DNA of 57,833 nucleotides from Bacillota bacterium (GTDB lineage Bacteria; Bacillota; Limnochordia; Darwinibacteriales; Darwinibacteriaceae), in assembly GCA_012520315.1 (NCBI GenBank), contig JAAYOM010000113.1:1-57833 (forward strand), given 5' to 3'. Below are positions 1 to 8,664 of this stretch, piece after piece. A program made the position numbers and the translations under genes. Below the pieces are notes generated by a model. That model saw nothing but the letters and a program-made list of their open reading frames with translations, ran no database searches and was not told the DNA's origin. The stretch's first letter is position 1, and each line of letters starts with the position of its first letter.

Positions 1-1140
1 ACCACAGAAGAGACTCATCGGATTATTCGGGAGAACATAAACCGCACTTCTCTGTACAGCGGAGCAATCACCGGAGCTGGCCCCCGCTATTGTCCCTCCA
101 TTGAGATGAAGATTGTGGAATTTCCGGATCGCTCAAGCCATCAAGTCTTTATCGAGCCTGAGGGCTGGGAGACAAATGAAGCTTATCTGAGCGGAGTGTC
201 AACCTCGCTCCCCCTTGATGTGCAGGAAGAGATGCTGAAAACCATACCAGGCCTGGAGAATGCGGAGATTCTCAGGCCGGCCTATGCCATTGAGTACGAC
301 TGCGTTGATCCCCTTGCGCTTCGGGCTTCCCTGGAAAGCAAGGATCTTTCTGGACTCTTTCTTGCAGGTCAAATCAATGGTACTTCCGGTTATGAAGAGG
401 CTGCCGCCCAGGGCATTATCGCGGGGATCAACGCAGTTCGATTTCTGCAAAATGAAGAGGCAGTGATTATTCCCCGCTCCCAAGGATACATTGGGGTATT
501 GATTGATGATTTGGTAACTAAAGGAGTTACTGAACCCTATCGGATGATGACATCCCGCTCTGAGTATCGCCTCTCTTTGCGCATGGATAATGCTGATGCA
601 CGCTTTACTCCCCTTGGTTATGAGCTGGGGTTAATCAGCCCTGAGCGCTACCGGACCTTCCAGGAAAAGCAAGAGGCGGTTAACCAGGAGGTAGAGCGCT
701 TGAATAAGACGATTCTAGGCGGCACACCTGAGGTGAATGAACGGCTGAAAACGCTTGGTACAGCCCCTCTAAAGCACGGGGTGAGTCTGGCCGACCTTTT
801 GCGCCGACCTGAAATGAAATATGAAGATTTGAGGCACTTTACCGAGTTGCCCACTCTTTCCCCTGCCGTAAGTGAACAGGTGGAGATTCAAGTCAAATAT
901 CAGGGATATTTAGCTCGTCAGGAGTCTGCCATAGAGCGTTTCGAACGCATGGAGAAAAAGCGGCTGCCCTTGGACTTTCCCTATCTGGAGATCAAAGGTT
1001 TGTCTCGGGAAGCTGCAGCTAGGCTGAACGAGATTAAGCCAAGTTCTGTTGGGCAAGCTTCTCGGGTGTCAGGTGTGAATCCGGCAGATATCAGTGTGCT
1101 CCTTGTCTACTTGGAGCAGGAACAGCGGAGGGGCAGCTAA
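1..1140 (+). CDS. mnmG: tRNA uridine-5-carboxymethylaminomethyl modification enzyme MnmG/GidA (5' part outside window)
   Basis: Frame 1 is open from base 1 ([37 protein letters not shown]). Motifs [43 protein letters not shown]; followed by rsmG. Confidence 0.98.
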   Translation, partial: TTEETHRIIRENINRTSLYSGAITGAGPRYCPSIEMKIVEFPDRSSHQVFIEPEGWETNEAYLSGVSTSLPLDVQEEMLKTIPGLENAEILRPAYAIEYDCVDPLALRASLESKDLSGLFLAGQINGTSGYEEAAAQGIIAGINAVRFLQNEEAVIIPRSQGYIGVLIDDLVTKGVTEPYRMMTSRSEYRLSLRMDNADARFTPLGYELGLISPERYRTFQEKQEAVNQEVERLNKTILGGTPEVNERLKTLGTAPLKHGVSLADLLRRPEMKYEDLRHFTELPTLSPAVSEQVEIQVKYQGYLARQESAIERFERMEKKRLPLDFPYLEIKGLSREAAARLNEIKPSSVGQASRVSGVNPADISVLLVYLEQEQRRGS

Positions 1141-1871
1141 TGAACTTCAACAATACACAGTTTCAAGATGTGCTGTTACAAGGACTAAAGGAATGGGATT
1201 TGGGAGAAATCGCAGCTTGTCTCCCTGCCTTTACCCAGTTCTCCCAATCAGTTGTGGAAACAAATCGAACCTTGAACCTAACTAGGCTGGTTGAACCGGA
1301 AGAGATGGCTGTTAAGAACTTCCTGGATAGTCTGGCCCTCCTCTGCCTGAACTGGCCTGATCAGTTGCGCTGCCTTGATTTAGGCACAGGGGCCGGCTTT
1401 CCCGGCGTGCCCCTTGCCATTTGTCGTCCAAACTGGTCCATTGTACTTTTGGATTCATTGCGCAAGCGCCTGCGTTTCTTAGAGGAAGCGCTGAAGAGTA
1501 TTGGTGTGCAGAACTGCACCACCTTGCATGCACGGGCTGAGGATGCAGGCCGGGATCAAGGCCAGAGGGAAACATACGATCTGGTTATGAGCCGGGCAGT
1601 GGCCCGTTTGCCCATCCTTTTGGAACTCGCCACTCCCCTGGTGAAGGTTGGCGGGAGCTTTGTTGCTTATAAATCCAACGAGGGACGGGAAGAATTGCAG
1701 GAAGCATCCCTGGCTGCGGAGAGGCTGAACGTCAAAGTGGAACAGGTGTTCGATTTCGAATTGCCCTTGGGTATGGGAGAACGCACTCTGCTCGTGTTTA
1801 GAAAGCAGGCCCCTACACCCCGAGCATATCCTAGGAGGGCACCTTTGCCCAACAAACAGCCCATAGTATAA
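1140..1871 (+). CDS. rsmG: 16S rRNA m7G527 methyltransferase RsmG/GidB
   Basis: LDLGTGAGFPGVPLAI SAM-binding motif, DSLRKR, RAE, SRAVA; start overlaps mnmG stop. Confidence 0.97.
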   Translation: MNFNNTQFQDVLLQGLKEWDLGEIAACLPAFTQFSQSVVETNRTLNLTRLVEPEEMAVKNFLDSLALLCLNWPDQLRCLDLGTGAGFPGVPLAICRPNWSIVLLDSLRKRLRFLEEALKSIGVQNCTTLHARAEDAGRDQGQRETYDLVMSRAVARLPILLELATPLVKVGGSFVAYKSNEGREELQEASLAAERLNVKVEQVFDFELPLGMGERTLLVFRKQAPTPRAYPRRAPLPNKQPIV

Positions 1872-1873
1872 CG

Positions 1874-1920
1874 AAACAAAATGGAGTCTCTGGTGAGGCT
1901 CCATTTTGTTTTCCTCTTTT
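1874..1920 (+). terminator. Intrinsic terminator after rsmG
   Basis: 17-bp stem AAACAAAATGGAGTCTC / GAGGCTCCATTTTGTTT (one G-U) with TGGT loop, then a T-rich tract. Confidence 0.8.
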
Positions 1921-1923
1921 TCA

Positions 1924-1950
1924 GAAGGAAACCGACTCCCTTATACAGAA
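1924..1950 (+). promoter_or_regulatory. sigmaH-like promoter upstream of noc
   Basis: GAAGGAACC-N11-ACAGAAT versus B. subtilis sigmaH consensus RNAGGAWWW-N11/12-RNNGAAT. Confidence 0.5.
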
Positions 1951-1981
1951 TTAGAATTTGATTTGGGAATGGGGTGAGCCT

Positions 1982-2878
1982 ATGAAGTTGACTGATGTTC
2001 TATTGAGCCGTAAACGGAGCGGTGGTCCAAAAGATGAAGGTGTTGAGAGTTGGAGCGAGCAAGTTCAAGCGGTCCCTATTCATCTGATTTCCGCAGGTAA
2101 GTATCAGCCAAGGCAGGGGTTTGACCAGGAAGCCCTGGATGAACTGGCCGAATCCATTAGGATACATGGTCTCTTGCAGCCAATTGTAGTTCGGCGTGGT
2201 GCCGTTGGCTATGAGTTGATAGTTGGTGAACGGCGCTTTAGAGCTTGTAAACAGCTGGGGTGGGAAGTTGTGCCCGCCTTGGTTCGGGAGGCCGAAGATC
2301 GGGAAGCCGCAGAGTTGAGTTTGATTGAGAACCTGCAGCGTGCGGATCTGAATGTGTTTGAGGTTGCCGAAGGTTATGAACGGCTGTTGACAGAGTTTGA
2401 GCTAACCCAGGAAGAGTTGGCAGTCAGATTAGGGATTAGCCAAGCTAATGTGGCGAACAAACTCCGCTTGCTGAGGCTGGCCCCTGAAGTGCGAGAGATT
2501 ATTTCCCGGGAAATGCTTAGTGAGCGGCACAGCCGGGCTTTATTGCGTCTAGACAGTGTGGACGACCAGTTAAGGGTGCTCGAGGCCGTTGTCCAAGGGG
2601 GGCTTAATGTTAAGCAGACAGAAGAGCTAGTTAAGACCTTCATTGATGGGAGCCGGGCGAAGGAAGTCCAAAAAAGCTCTAATGGAAGTCGCAAACTGGT
2701 GATCAAGGATTTGCGGCTGTTTACGAATAGTATACGCAAGCTTACAGAGACACTGCAGACAAGCGGGCTTGTTGTCAAGCTTGATGAGCGGGAAGACGAT
2801 GATAGCTATGAAATTGTGGTCAGGGTGCAAAAACCGCGTGGAGGTGAGTTGGATGGCAAGAGTGATAGCGATAATTAA
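1982..2878 (+). CDS. noc: Nucleoid occlusion protein Noc (ParB-family paralog)
   Basis: ParB box GERRFRA, LIENLQR; HTH with Noc-type residues (SQANVANKLRLLR...SERH); lies between rsmG and soj. ATG 1982 follows GGGGTGAG. Confidence 0.88.
   Translation: MKLTDVLLSRKRSGGPKDEGVESWSEQVQAVPIHLISAGKYQPRQGFDQEALDELAESIRIHGLLQPIVVRRGAVGYELIVGERRFRACKQLGWEVVPALVREAEDREAAELSLIENLQRADLNVFEVAEGYERLLTEFELTQEELAVRLGISQANVANKLRLLRLAPEVREIISREMLSERHSRALLRLDSVDDQLRVLEAVVQGGLNVKQTEELVKTFIDGSRAKEVQKSSNGSRKLVIKDLRLFTNSIRKLTETLQTSGLVVKLDEREDDDSYEIVVRVQKPRGGELDGKSDSDN
2501..2514. promoter_or_regulatory. Noc-binding site (NBS) inside noc
   Basis: Perfect palindrome ATTTCCCGGGAAAT, identical to the B. subtilis NBS consensus. 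Confidence 0.75.
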
Positions 2879-3617
2879 CCAAAAAGGCGGAGTTGGCAAG
2901 AGTACTACTGCAGTCAACTTAGGAGCCTACATGGCCTTGGCCGGCAAAAGGGTGCTGTTGGTTGACATCGACCCTCAGGGCAATGCCTCCAGTGGAGTTG
3001 GCATCGATAAGCGCAAGATTAGGCGCTGCATGTATTCGGTGCTGATTGACGGAGAAAAGATTGAAAGCATTATCGAGCCTACCGCAATCGAAAACTTCGA
3101 CGTAGCGCCGGCAACCATTGATTTGGCTGGAGCGGAGATTGAATTGGTCTCTACTATTTCCAGGGAATTTCGGCTGAAGAAGGCCTTTGAGCCGATCCGG
3201 GACCGTTATGATTACGTAGTGATCGATGCTCCTCCCTCCCTTGGCTTGTTGACAGTCAATGGACTAACGGCAGCCAACTCAGTCTTGGTTCCTATTCAAT
3301 GTGAGTACTACGCCTTGGAAGGCCTCAGCCAACTGGTCAGTACTATTGCCATGGTGCAGGAACACCTTAATCCGGCCCTGGAATGGGAGGGCGTTGTGAT
3401 GACGATGTATGATGTTCGCACTAACTTATCGCAGCAAGTTATTGAGGATGTCCAAACTTACTTTCAGAACACGGTGCGGGTGTATAAATCTATTATTCCC
3501 CGCAATGTTCGACTCGGTGAGGCACCCAGCTTTGGTCAACCTATTGCACTGTATGATCCAAAGTCAAAGGGAGCTGAGGCATACGCAAACTTAGCCCAGG
3601 AGGTCTTGAACTCATGA
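2853..3617 (+). CDS. soj: Chromosome partitioning ATPase Soj/ParA
   Basis: NQKGGVGKSTT deviant Walker A, DIDPQGNAS, IDAPPSLG, IPRNVRLGEAPSFG. ATG 2853 follows GGAGGTGA. Confidence 0.97.
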   Translation: MARVIAIINQKGGVGKSTTAVNLGAYMALAGKRVLLVDIDPQGNASSGVGIDKRKIRRCMYSVLIDGEKIESIIEPTAIENFDVAPATIDLAGAEIELVSTISREFRLKKAFEPIRDRYDYVVIDAPPSLGLLTVNGLTAANSVLVPIQCEYYALEGLSQLVSTIAMVQEHLNPALEWEGVVMTMYDVRTNLSQQVIEDVQTYFQNTVRVYKSIIPRNVRLGEAPSFGQPIALYDPKSKGAEAYANLAQEVLNS

Positions 3618-4453
3618 GCAGCCAAAGACTAGGTAGAGGACTGCGGGCATTAATCCCCGAGATGGAAGAAGTGGAAACGGCGGGAGGGGTGCAGGAAGTA
3701 CCCTTGGATCTAATTGAAGCTAATCCTTTCCAGCCCAGACAGCACTTTGATCCAGATAAACTGCAGGAATTGGCCGATTCCATTAGGGAGTTTGGCCTGC
3801 TTGAGCCGGTGATTGTTCGAAAGCGGGGCGAAGGCTATGAATTGGCAGCTGGCGAGCGGAGGGTTCGGGCAGCCAGGATTGCCGGGCTGGAGAAGATACC
3901 TGTCCTGCTCCGCGATTTCGATGATCTGGAAATGATGAAGGTGGCTTTGGTAGAAAACCTGCAGAGGGAGAATTTGAATCCCATTGAAGAGGCGGAAGGA
4001 TACCAAAGACTGATTGATGAATTTGGTTTTACCCAGATCCAGGTTGCTGAAGCAGTTGGCCGAAAGAGACCTTCTGTGGCAAACTCCCTGCGGCTTTTGA
4101 ATTTGGGCGAAGTAGAAAAGCAAATGGTGCAAGATGGCCGTTTGACCAGTGGACATGCTAAAGTCCTATTGGGGGTCAGCGATAAGAAGAAGCGGGCCCA
4201 GCTGGCGAATCTGGTGGTCAAAGAGGATCTGAGTGTGCGGCAGCTGGAGGAATTGCTGAAGAAGGGCAAGACTGTTCCACGTAGAACACTGAAGGTAAAG
4301 AGCCCGGAACTGGTGGAACTGGAAGAAGATTTACAGAGGATCTTTGGCACTAAAGTTTCCATGAGTTACAGGCAGGGTGCTGGCCGAATTTCAATAGAAT
4401 ACTATTCCGACGAAGAGTTAGAGCGGCTGTTAGATATGATTAAAGGCATTTAA
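3614..4453 (+). CDS. spo0J: Chromosome partitioning CTPase Spo0J/ParB
   Basis: LGRGLRALI N-terminus, GERRVRA, VENLQRE, ParB-type HTH (RKRPSVANSLRLL...SGH), internal parS. Confidence 0.97.
   Translation: MSSQRLGRGLRALIPEMEEVETAGGVQEVPLDLIEANPFQPRQHFDPDKLQELADSIREFGLLEPVIVRKRGEGYELAAGERRVRAARIAGLEKIPVLLRDFDDLEMMKVALVENLQRENLNPIEEAEGYQRLIDEFGFTQIQVAEAVGRKRPSVANSLRLLNLGEVEKQMVQDGRLTSGHAKVLLGVSDKKKRAQLANLVVKEDLSVRQLEELLKKGKTVPRRTLKVKSPELVELEEDLQRIFGTKVSMSYRQGAGRISIEYYSDEELERLLDMIKGI
4273..4288. promoter_or_regulatory. parS site inside spo0J
   Basis: TGTTCCACGTAGAACA, one mismatch to TGTTCCACGTGGAACA; encodes VPRRT. Confidence 0.8.
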
Positions 4454-4492
4454 GAAGGGAGTGTTCCACGTGGAACACTCCCTTCTTAAATG
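4447..4492. terminator. 46-bp perfect palindrome between convergent spo0J and yyaC; probable bidirectional terminator
   Basis: CATTTAAGAAGGGAGTGTTCCACGTGGAACACTCCCTTCTTAAATG is its own reverse complement and covers the spo0J stop codon. Confidence 0.6.
4462..4477. promoter_or_regulatory. parS site at the centre of a 46-bp palindrome
   Basis: Perfect TGTTCCACGTGGAACA. Confidence 0.95.
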
Positions 4493-4506
4493 TGCTTGCC
4501 TATAAA

Positions 4507-4522
4507 TGTTCCACGTGGAACA
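4507..4522. promoter_or_regulatory. parS site
   Basis: Perfect TGTTCCACGTGGAACA (18-bp palindrome with flanking A/T). Confidence 0.95.
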
Positions 4523-4525
4523 TGC

Positions 4526-5122
4526 CTATACCGTCTGCCAGGAACCTGGAGCCGCTTCAACCTCAGAAAGATGATTGCCCAGACACAGGGTCAAGGCTTC
4601 TGTTATCACATCAGCCATGCGTATAACAAGGCTAAGGCGGGTGTTTTGCAGAACCATGTGCTCCATGAAACCGGCCACGTTAACAACGCCTATGATATGG
4701 TAGTCGCCTATGTTGGGAAGTTCTTTGTTGACACCAGTGCCGGGCTGTAGCGGCCCCCGCTTGATGGAAATATAGCCCACGCTCTTCACCCTGCCAAGGC
4801 AGGCGTCAATAGCAATGATGGTGCTGTCTCGCCCGTCTTGACAAAGCATCTCCACTGTATCCGCCAAATTCAAGGCGTGAACCGGTTCATGAATTGTCCC
4901 GTAAACTGTGACGTTGGGAGGCAGGAGCCCTTGTTCCTGTCTTTTTAATAGGGCCGATCCAATAAAGGGGCCCAGAGAATCTCCAGTAGATCGATCTGTG
5001 CCGACACATACAATATCAATGAATGGCTTTAAGGGTAAAGCAGCAAGCGTTACCGCCAGGTTTGCAGCTGAAAGCGGATCGTCAAAGTGGGTTCGTCCCA
5101 TCACATCCGAATGAAATAGCAT
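4526..5122 (-). CDS. yyaC: Spore protease YyaC family
   Basis: CVGTDRSTGDSLGP, VYGTIHEPVHALNL, IDACLG, PGTGVNKELP; RBS GGAGGTGG; convergent on spo0J as in B. subtilis. Confidence 0.93.
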   Translation of the reverse strand: MLFHSDVMGRTHFDDPLSAANLAVTLAALPLKPFIDIVCVGTDRSTGDSLGPFIGSALLKRQEQGLLPPNVTVYGTIHEPVHALNLADTVEMLCQDGRDSTIIAIDACLGRVKSVGYISIKRGPLQPGTGVNKELPNIGDYHIIGVVNVAGFMEHMVLQNTRLSLVIRMADVITEALTLCLGNHLSEVEAAPGSWQTV

Positions 5123-5151
5123 GCTCCACCTCCAACGAGAATACTTGTCTT

Positions 5152-5180
5152 ATTCTATGCAGGTTTTCCAGAATTTATGC
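5152..5180 (-). promoter_or_regulatory. Sporulation-sigma (sigmaE/F/G-type) promoter for yyaC
   Basis: Minus strand GCATAAA-N14-CATAGAAT. Confidence 0.55.
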
Positions 5181-5248
5181 ACCGATTGAGACGGAGACCG
5201 AAATCATGATTATCTCAACTCTAGAATAGGTTGGAGAGGGGTGGTTTT

Positions 5249-6241
5249 GTGAGTCTATGGTCGCTGATGGGCCTTTATGTCGCAAGTGTAATTGGAGCTG
5301 GATTCGCTTCGGGCCAGGAACTGGCAGTGTTCTTCGTAAATTACGGCAGGTCAGGACTCTGGGGAATCATGGCCGCCGTTCTGGTCTTGACGTTAGGTTC
5401 TGGATTGGTTTTAGACTACTGCGCCAGTACAAATGCATCATCCTATGCTCAAATCTTTGCCAGATTCCACCCCAGATTGAGGCTGCTGTTGGATGGTCTT
5501 TATTCGCTGTTTCTTTTGGTAGGGTTAGGCGTAATGCTGGCAGGCATTGGAGCCATGGGAAGTACGGCCCTGTCTGGCCTCATGCTGCGCCTGCTGACGA
5601 GCATGATTATTCTGTTTGTGCTCAATAAAGGTGTAGAGGGTGTTGCTAAAGCCAGCAGCTGGCTGGCACCATTTCTTGTACTGACCATGTGTGGGTTTGC
5701 ATTTTTCCACTTCAAGAGTGGCAAATTGGCGGTGCCCAACCAAGGCTCTTGGCGAGCTCTGGAGGCGGGAATTCTCTATGGCTCGTACAACCTAGGCTTT
5801 TCTATGACAGTTCTGGCCAGCATTCAAAGCTATATAAGCACCCGCAAGGAGCGCTGGAAACTGGCACTCCTGGCAAATTCAGCCCTTGGAATCTGTATGG
5901 TTCTGCTCTTGCTTGCCCTCTCTGCCTTGGATGTAGAGCAGCTGAAAACTTCGTTTCCTTTGGAACACTTGGTTCCAGGTCTGGGCTGGGCAGAAGCAGC
6001 ATATGAACTTCTGTTGTGGGGTGCGATGTACTCTACGGCAATAGCCCATGCCCTTGCATTGACTAACCGAATTGCAGACACCTATGGGCTCTCTTGGAAC
6101 GGGGCTGGGAGTATAATTGTGCTCCTATCCTTTTCCCTTTCCTACTTTGGTTTTGGTCCGCTGATCCGGATCGGCTATCCCATTCTGGGCTTGGTCGGTC
6201 TGTGGATCCTTGCCAATCTCGCCTGGGACCATGTGGTATAA
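5249..6241 (+). CDS. YkvI-family membrane protein (probable positional equivalent of B. subtilis yyaD)
   Basis: SVIGAGFASGQELAVFF signature and about 10 hydrophobic segments. GTG 5249 preferred over TTG 5231 because of GGAGAGGGG upstream. Confidence 0.8.
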   Translation: MSLWSLMGLYVASVIGAGFASGQELAVFFVNYGRSGLWGIMAAVLVLTLGSGLVLDYCASTNASSYAQIFARFHPRLRLLLDGLYSLFLLVGLGVMLAGIGAMGSTALSGLMLRLLTSMIILFVLNKGVEGVAKASSWLAPFLVLTMCGFAFFHFKSGKLAVPNQGSWRALEAGILYGSYNLGFSMTVLASIQSYISTRKERWKLALLANSALGICMVLLLLALSALDVEQLKTSFPLEHLVPGLGWAEAAYELLLWGAMYSTAIAHALALTNRIADTYGLSWNGAGSIIVLLSFSLSYFGFGPLIRIGYPILGLVGLWILANLAWDHVV

Positions 6242-6243
6242 AG

Positions 6244-6272
6244 TTGGCAGGGCGAGCAAACTTAGGTATAAT
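6244..6272 (+). promoter_or_regulatory. sigmaA promoter of the TPR gene
   Basis: TTGGCA-N17-TATAAT. Confidence 0.7.
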
Positions 6273-6303
6273 AGAGGCACCTAAATGCGAAGGCGGACTC
6301 ATT

Positions 6304-6831
6304 ATGAAACCTGAAATAGACGAACTTTATGCACAGGCCTTGGCCCATTTGGATGGCTGGGAACTGGATCAGGCTGAAGAATGCCTGCGTGAACTAATTG
6401 AGCTCGACCCGGAACATGCCCGCGGTTATAACAAATTGGGGGTTGTCTTTGCACGCCGCAAAGATTTGCGCCAGGCCGAGGATTGCTTTAATCAGGCTGT
6501 AGCCTTGGATCCCGATCTGGCAGCAGCACACAGCAATCTTGGGAACATTTATTCAGAACATGGCTGGACGGACCGGGCTAAAGAGGCTTATGAGCGGGCT
6601 TTGGCCCTTGATCCCGGCAACCCGACTGCCATGCATAACCTGGGAGTGTTATTCCGGAAAAGCGGCGATATTGGCAAGGGTGTCAGTATGCTGAAACAAG
6701 CCAGTAAGGCAGAGAGGTACAGATTTCGCGACAAGGCCCGCCGTGATCCTAGCACTCGACGCATCATCAGCCTTGGCTGGATTATAGTGATTGGCATCGG
6801 GCTAGTCCTCTTCTTCTTGTTTAACAGGTAA
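6304..6831 (+). CDS. TPR-repeat protein with C-terminal membrane anchor (175 aa)
   Basis: TPR patterns (ARGYNKLGVVF, AAAHSNLGNIY, TAMHNLGVLF) and hydrophobic tail LGWIIVIGIGLVLFFLF. Start moved from 6094 to ATG 6304, downstream of the promoter. Confidence 0.85.
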   Translation: MKPEIDELYAQALAHLDGWELDQAEECLRELIELDPEHARGYNKLGVVFARRKDLRQAEDCFNQAVALDPDLAAAHSNLGNIYSEHGWTDRAKEAYERALALDPGNPTAMHNLGVLFRKSGDIGKGVSMLKQASKAERYRFRDKARRDPSTRRIISLGWIIVIGIGLVLFFLFNR

Positions 6832-6874
6832 TATCCACATAGTTATCCACAGGCTTTGTGGATACTGTGCATAA
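6831..6874. promoter_or_regulatory. Cluster of four DnaA boxes
   Basis: ATATCCACA 6831-6839, TTATCCACA 6843-6851 (perfect), TGTGGATAC 6857-6865, TGTGCATAA 6866-6874. Confidence 0.8.
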
Positions 6875-7152
6875 CCAAGGATAAAACCCCTGCTCAAGAC
6901 ATTTTCTGCCATGAGTATCAGCGGCTCTTGCGACGCCAGATCAAAATCATTGTCCTTTGCCGTGCTTTGAGAATGGGATCCATTATCTTTTTAAGTAAAA
7001 ACATACTCCTACCCCCTTTAGAAACACCGTAGTTGCCCTTTATCATATCCAGAGAAGAAGAAAAGGTGACAGAAGGAAACAGGTTTTTGGTGGAGAAGAT
7101 GTATTGTCAATGGCAGGAAGAAAAGACCATGGTAAGGAAAGGAGATGGACAA

Positions 7153-8229
7153 TTGAAACAAACTCCATTGACCGAGAAACACAGGGCCCTCGGGGCCAGG
7201 ATGGTTGATTATGCAGGTTTTGAGATGCCTGTGCAGTATGCTGGAGTTTTGGAGGAAACAAAGACTGTCCGAACTAAGGTGGGGATTTTCGACTTAACTC
7301 ATATGGGTGAGTTTGAGTTGACCGGCCCAGGAGCTTTAAGCACGGTAAACTATGTCACCACAAACGATGCCAGTGTTTTGAAAGTGGGCGAGATTCAGTA
7401 CACCTGCCTGACGAAGGAGGATGGCGGGATTATCGACGATATTCTCGTCTATCGTACTGCCGACGGTTTTTGGCTGGTAGTGAACGCCGCCAATGCCGCC
7501 AAGGATTATGCGTGGATTGAGAAGCATCTGCAGCCAGAGACAGAGCTTAAGGATCTCAGCGACGAGCTGACCCTCATCGCTGTGCAGGGTCCTAAGTCCG
7601 CCCCCTTGGTAGAAGAGATCCTCGGCATCTCGGTGGCGGATTTGAAAGGCTACACCTTCACTGAAGTTACATACGAAGGTGAGAAGGTGCTGTTGTCCCG
7701 TACCGGTTATACAGGTGAAGACGGCTTTGAACTCTACTTTGCCAATACGTTGGCCGAAAAATTGTGGGATGAATGTCTCCAAAAGGGTGAAAAGTACGGT
7801 GTGGCACCCATTGGACTTGGGGCCCGTGACAGTTTGCGCCTGGAGGCTAGAATGCCCCTTTACGGCAATGACATTGGTGAAGAGATCAGTCCCTTGGAGG
7901 CTGGTTTGAGTCGTTTTGTCAAACTCGACAAAGAATCCTTTATTGGTAAAGAATTCCTGCAAAAGCAAAAAGAAGAGGGAGTCCAGCGTAGACTGGTTGC
8001 CTTTGTCATGGTTGACAAGGGAATTCCCCGTCAGGGCTACCCCCTGCTCAACCTGGAAGGTGAAGAAATTGGGGCGGTGACCAGCGGTACCCATTCTCCG
8101 ACCCTGGATTATCCTATTGGAATGGGCTATGTAGATGTGGCTTATGCCAAAGCAGAAACTGAAATACAGGTACAGATCAGGAAAAAGCTCGCCAAGGCAA
8201 AAATCATTAAAGGCCGCTTTTTAGCCTAG
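7153..8229 (+). CDS. gcvT: Glycine cleavage system aminomethyltransferase T
   Basis: LKQTPL, MPVQY, FDLTHMGE, SRTGYTGEDGFE, GLGARDSLRLEA. TTG 7153 follows AAGGAG; the ORF-track start at 7033 is too early. Confidence 0.96.
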   Translation: MKQTPLTEKHRALGARMVDYAGFEMPVQYAGVLEETKTVRTKVGIFDLTHMGEFELTGPGALSTVNYVTTNDASVLKVGEIQYTCLTKEDGGIIDDILVYRTADGFWLVVNAANAAKDYAWIEKHLQPETELKDLSDELTLIAVQGPKSAPLVEEILGISVADLKGYTFTEVTYEGEKVLLSRTGYTGEDGFELYFANTLAEKLWDECLQKGEKYGVAPIGLGARDSLRLEARMPLYGNDIGEEISPLEAGLSRFVKLDKESFIGKEFLQKQKEEGVQRRLVAFVMVDKGIPRQGYPLLNLEGEEIGAVTSGTHSPTLDYPIGMGYVDVAYAKAETEIQVQIRKKLAKAKIIKGRFLA

Positions 8230-8285
8230 CCAAGAAGTCCGGCAGCTTTTTGCGATAACCCAAAAACTACTAAGGAGGTTTCATC

Positions 8286-8663
8286 ATGAGTGAACAATTA
8301 CGGTTTACCAAAGAACATGAGTGGATCTTAGTAAAAGGCGATGTAGTCCGCATAGGTATCAGCGATTATGCCCAGAGCGAGTTGGGGGATATCGTGTTTG
8401 TCGATCTGCCTGACGTGGGCGATCATGTGGAGGAAGGCGAAGGCTTCGCCGCTTTAGAATCTGTTAAAGCTGTATCGGACGTCTATTCCCCAGTGGGTGG
8501 CGAAATCACAGCAATCAATGAAGAACTGGAAGACAGTCCCGAATTGGTTAACGAATCTCCCATGGATAGAGGCTGGATTGTAGAAATTAAGGTTGACGGT
8601 GTAGTTCAGGTAGACGATCTAATGAATAAAGAGGAGTATGAAGCATTCCTGAAGGAGGTTTAA
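8286..8663 (+). CDS. gcvH: Glycine cleavage system H protein
   Basis: GISDYAQSELGDIVFV, lipoyl-Lys motif ESVKAVSD. Confidence 0.97.
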   Translation: MSEQLRFTKEHEWILVKGDVVRIGISDYAQSELGDIVFVDLPDVGDHVEEGEGFAALESVKAVSDVYSPVGGEITAINEELEDSPELVNESPMDRGWIVEIKVDGVVQVDDLMNKEEYEAFLKEV

Positions 8664-8664
8664 T

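Noticed and set aside
79-111. MnmG motif [11 protein letters not shown] instead of [11 protein letters not shown]
   Set aside because: A single substitution at a position I believe varies among MnmG proteins; the Cys and Lys are intact.
6880-7152. Glycine riboswitch upstream of gcvT
   Set aside because: Characteristic GGAGA / CGCCGAAG / CTCTCAGG elements not found.
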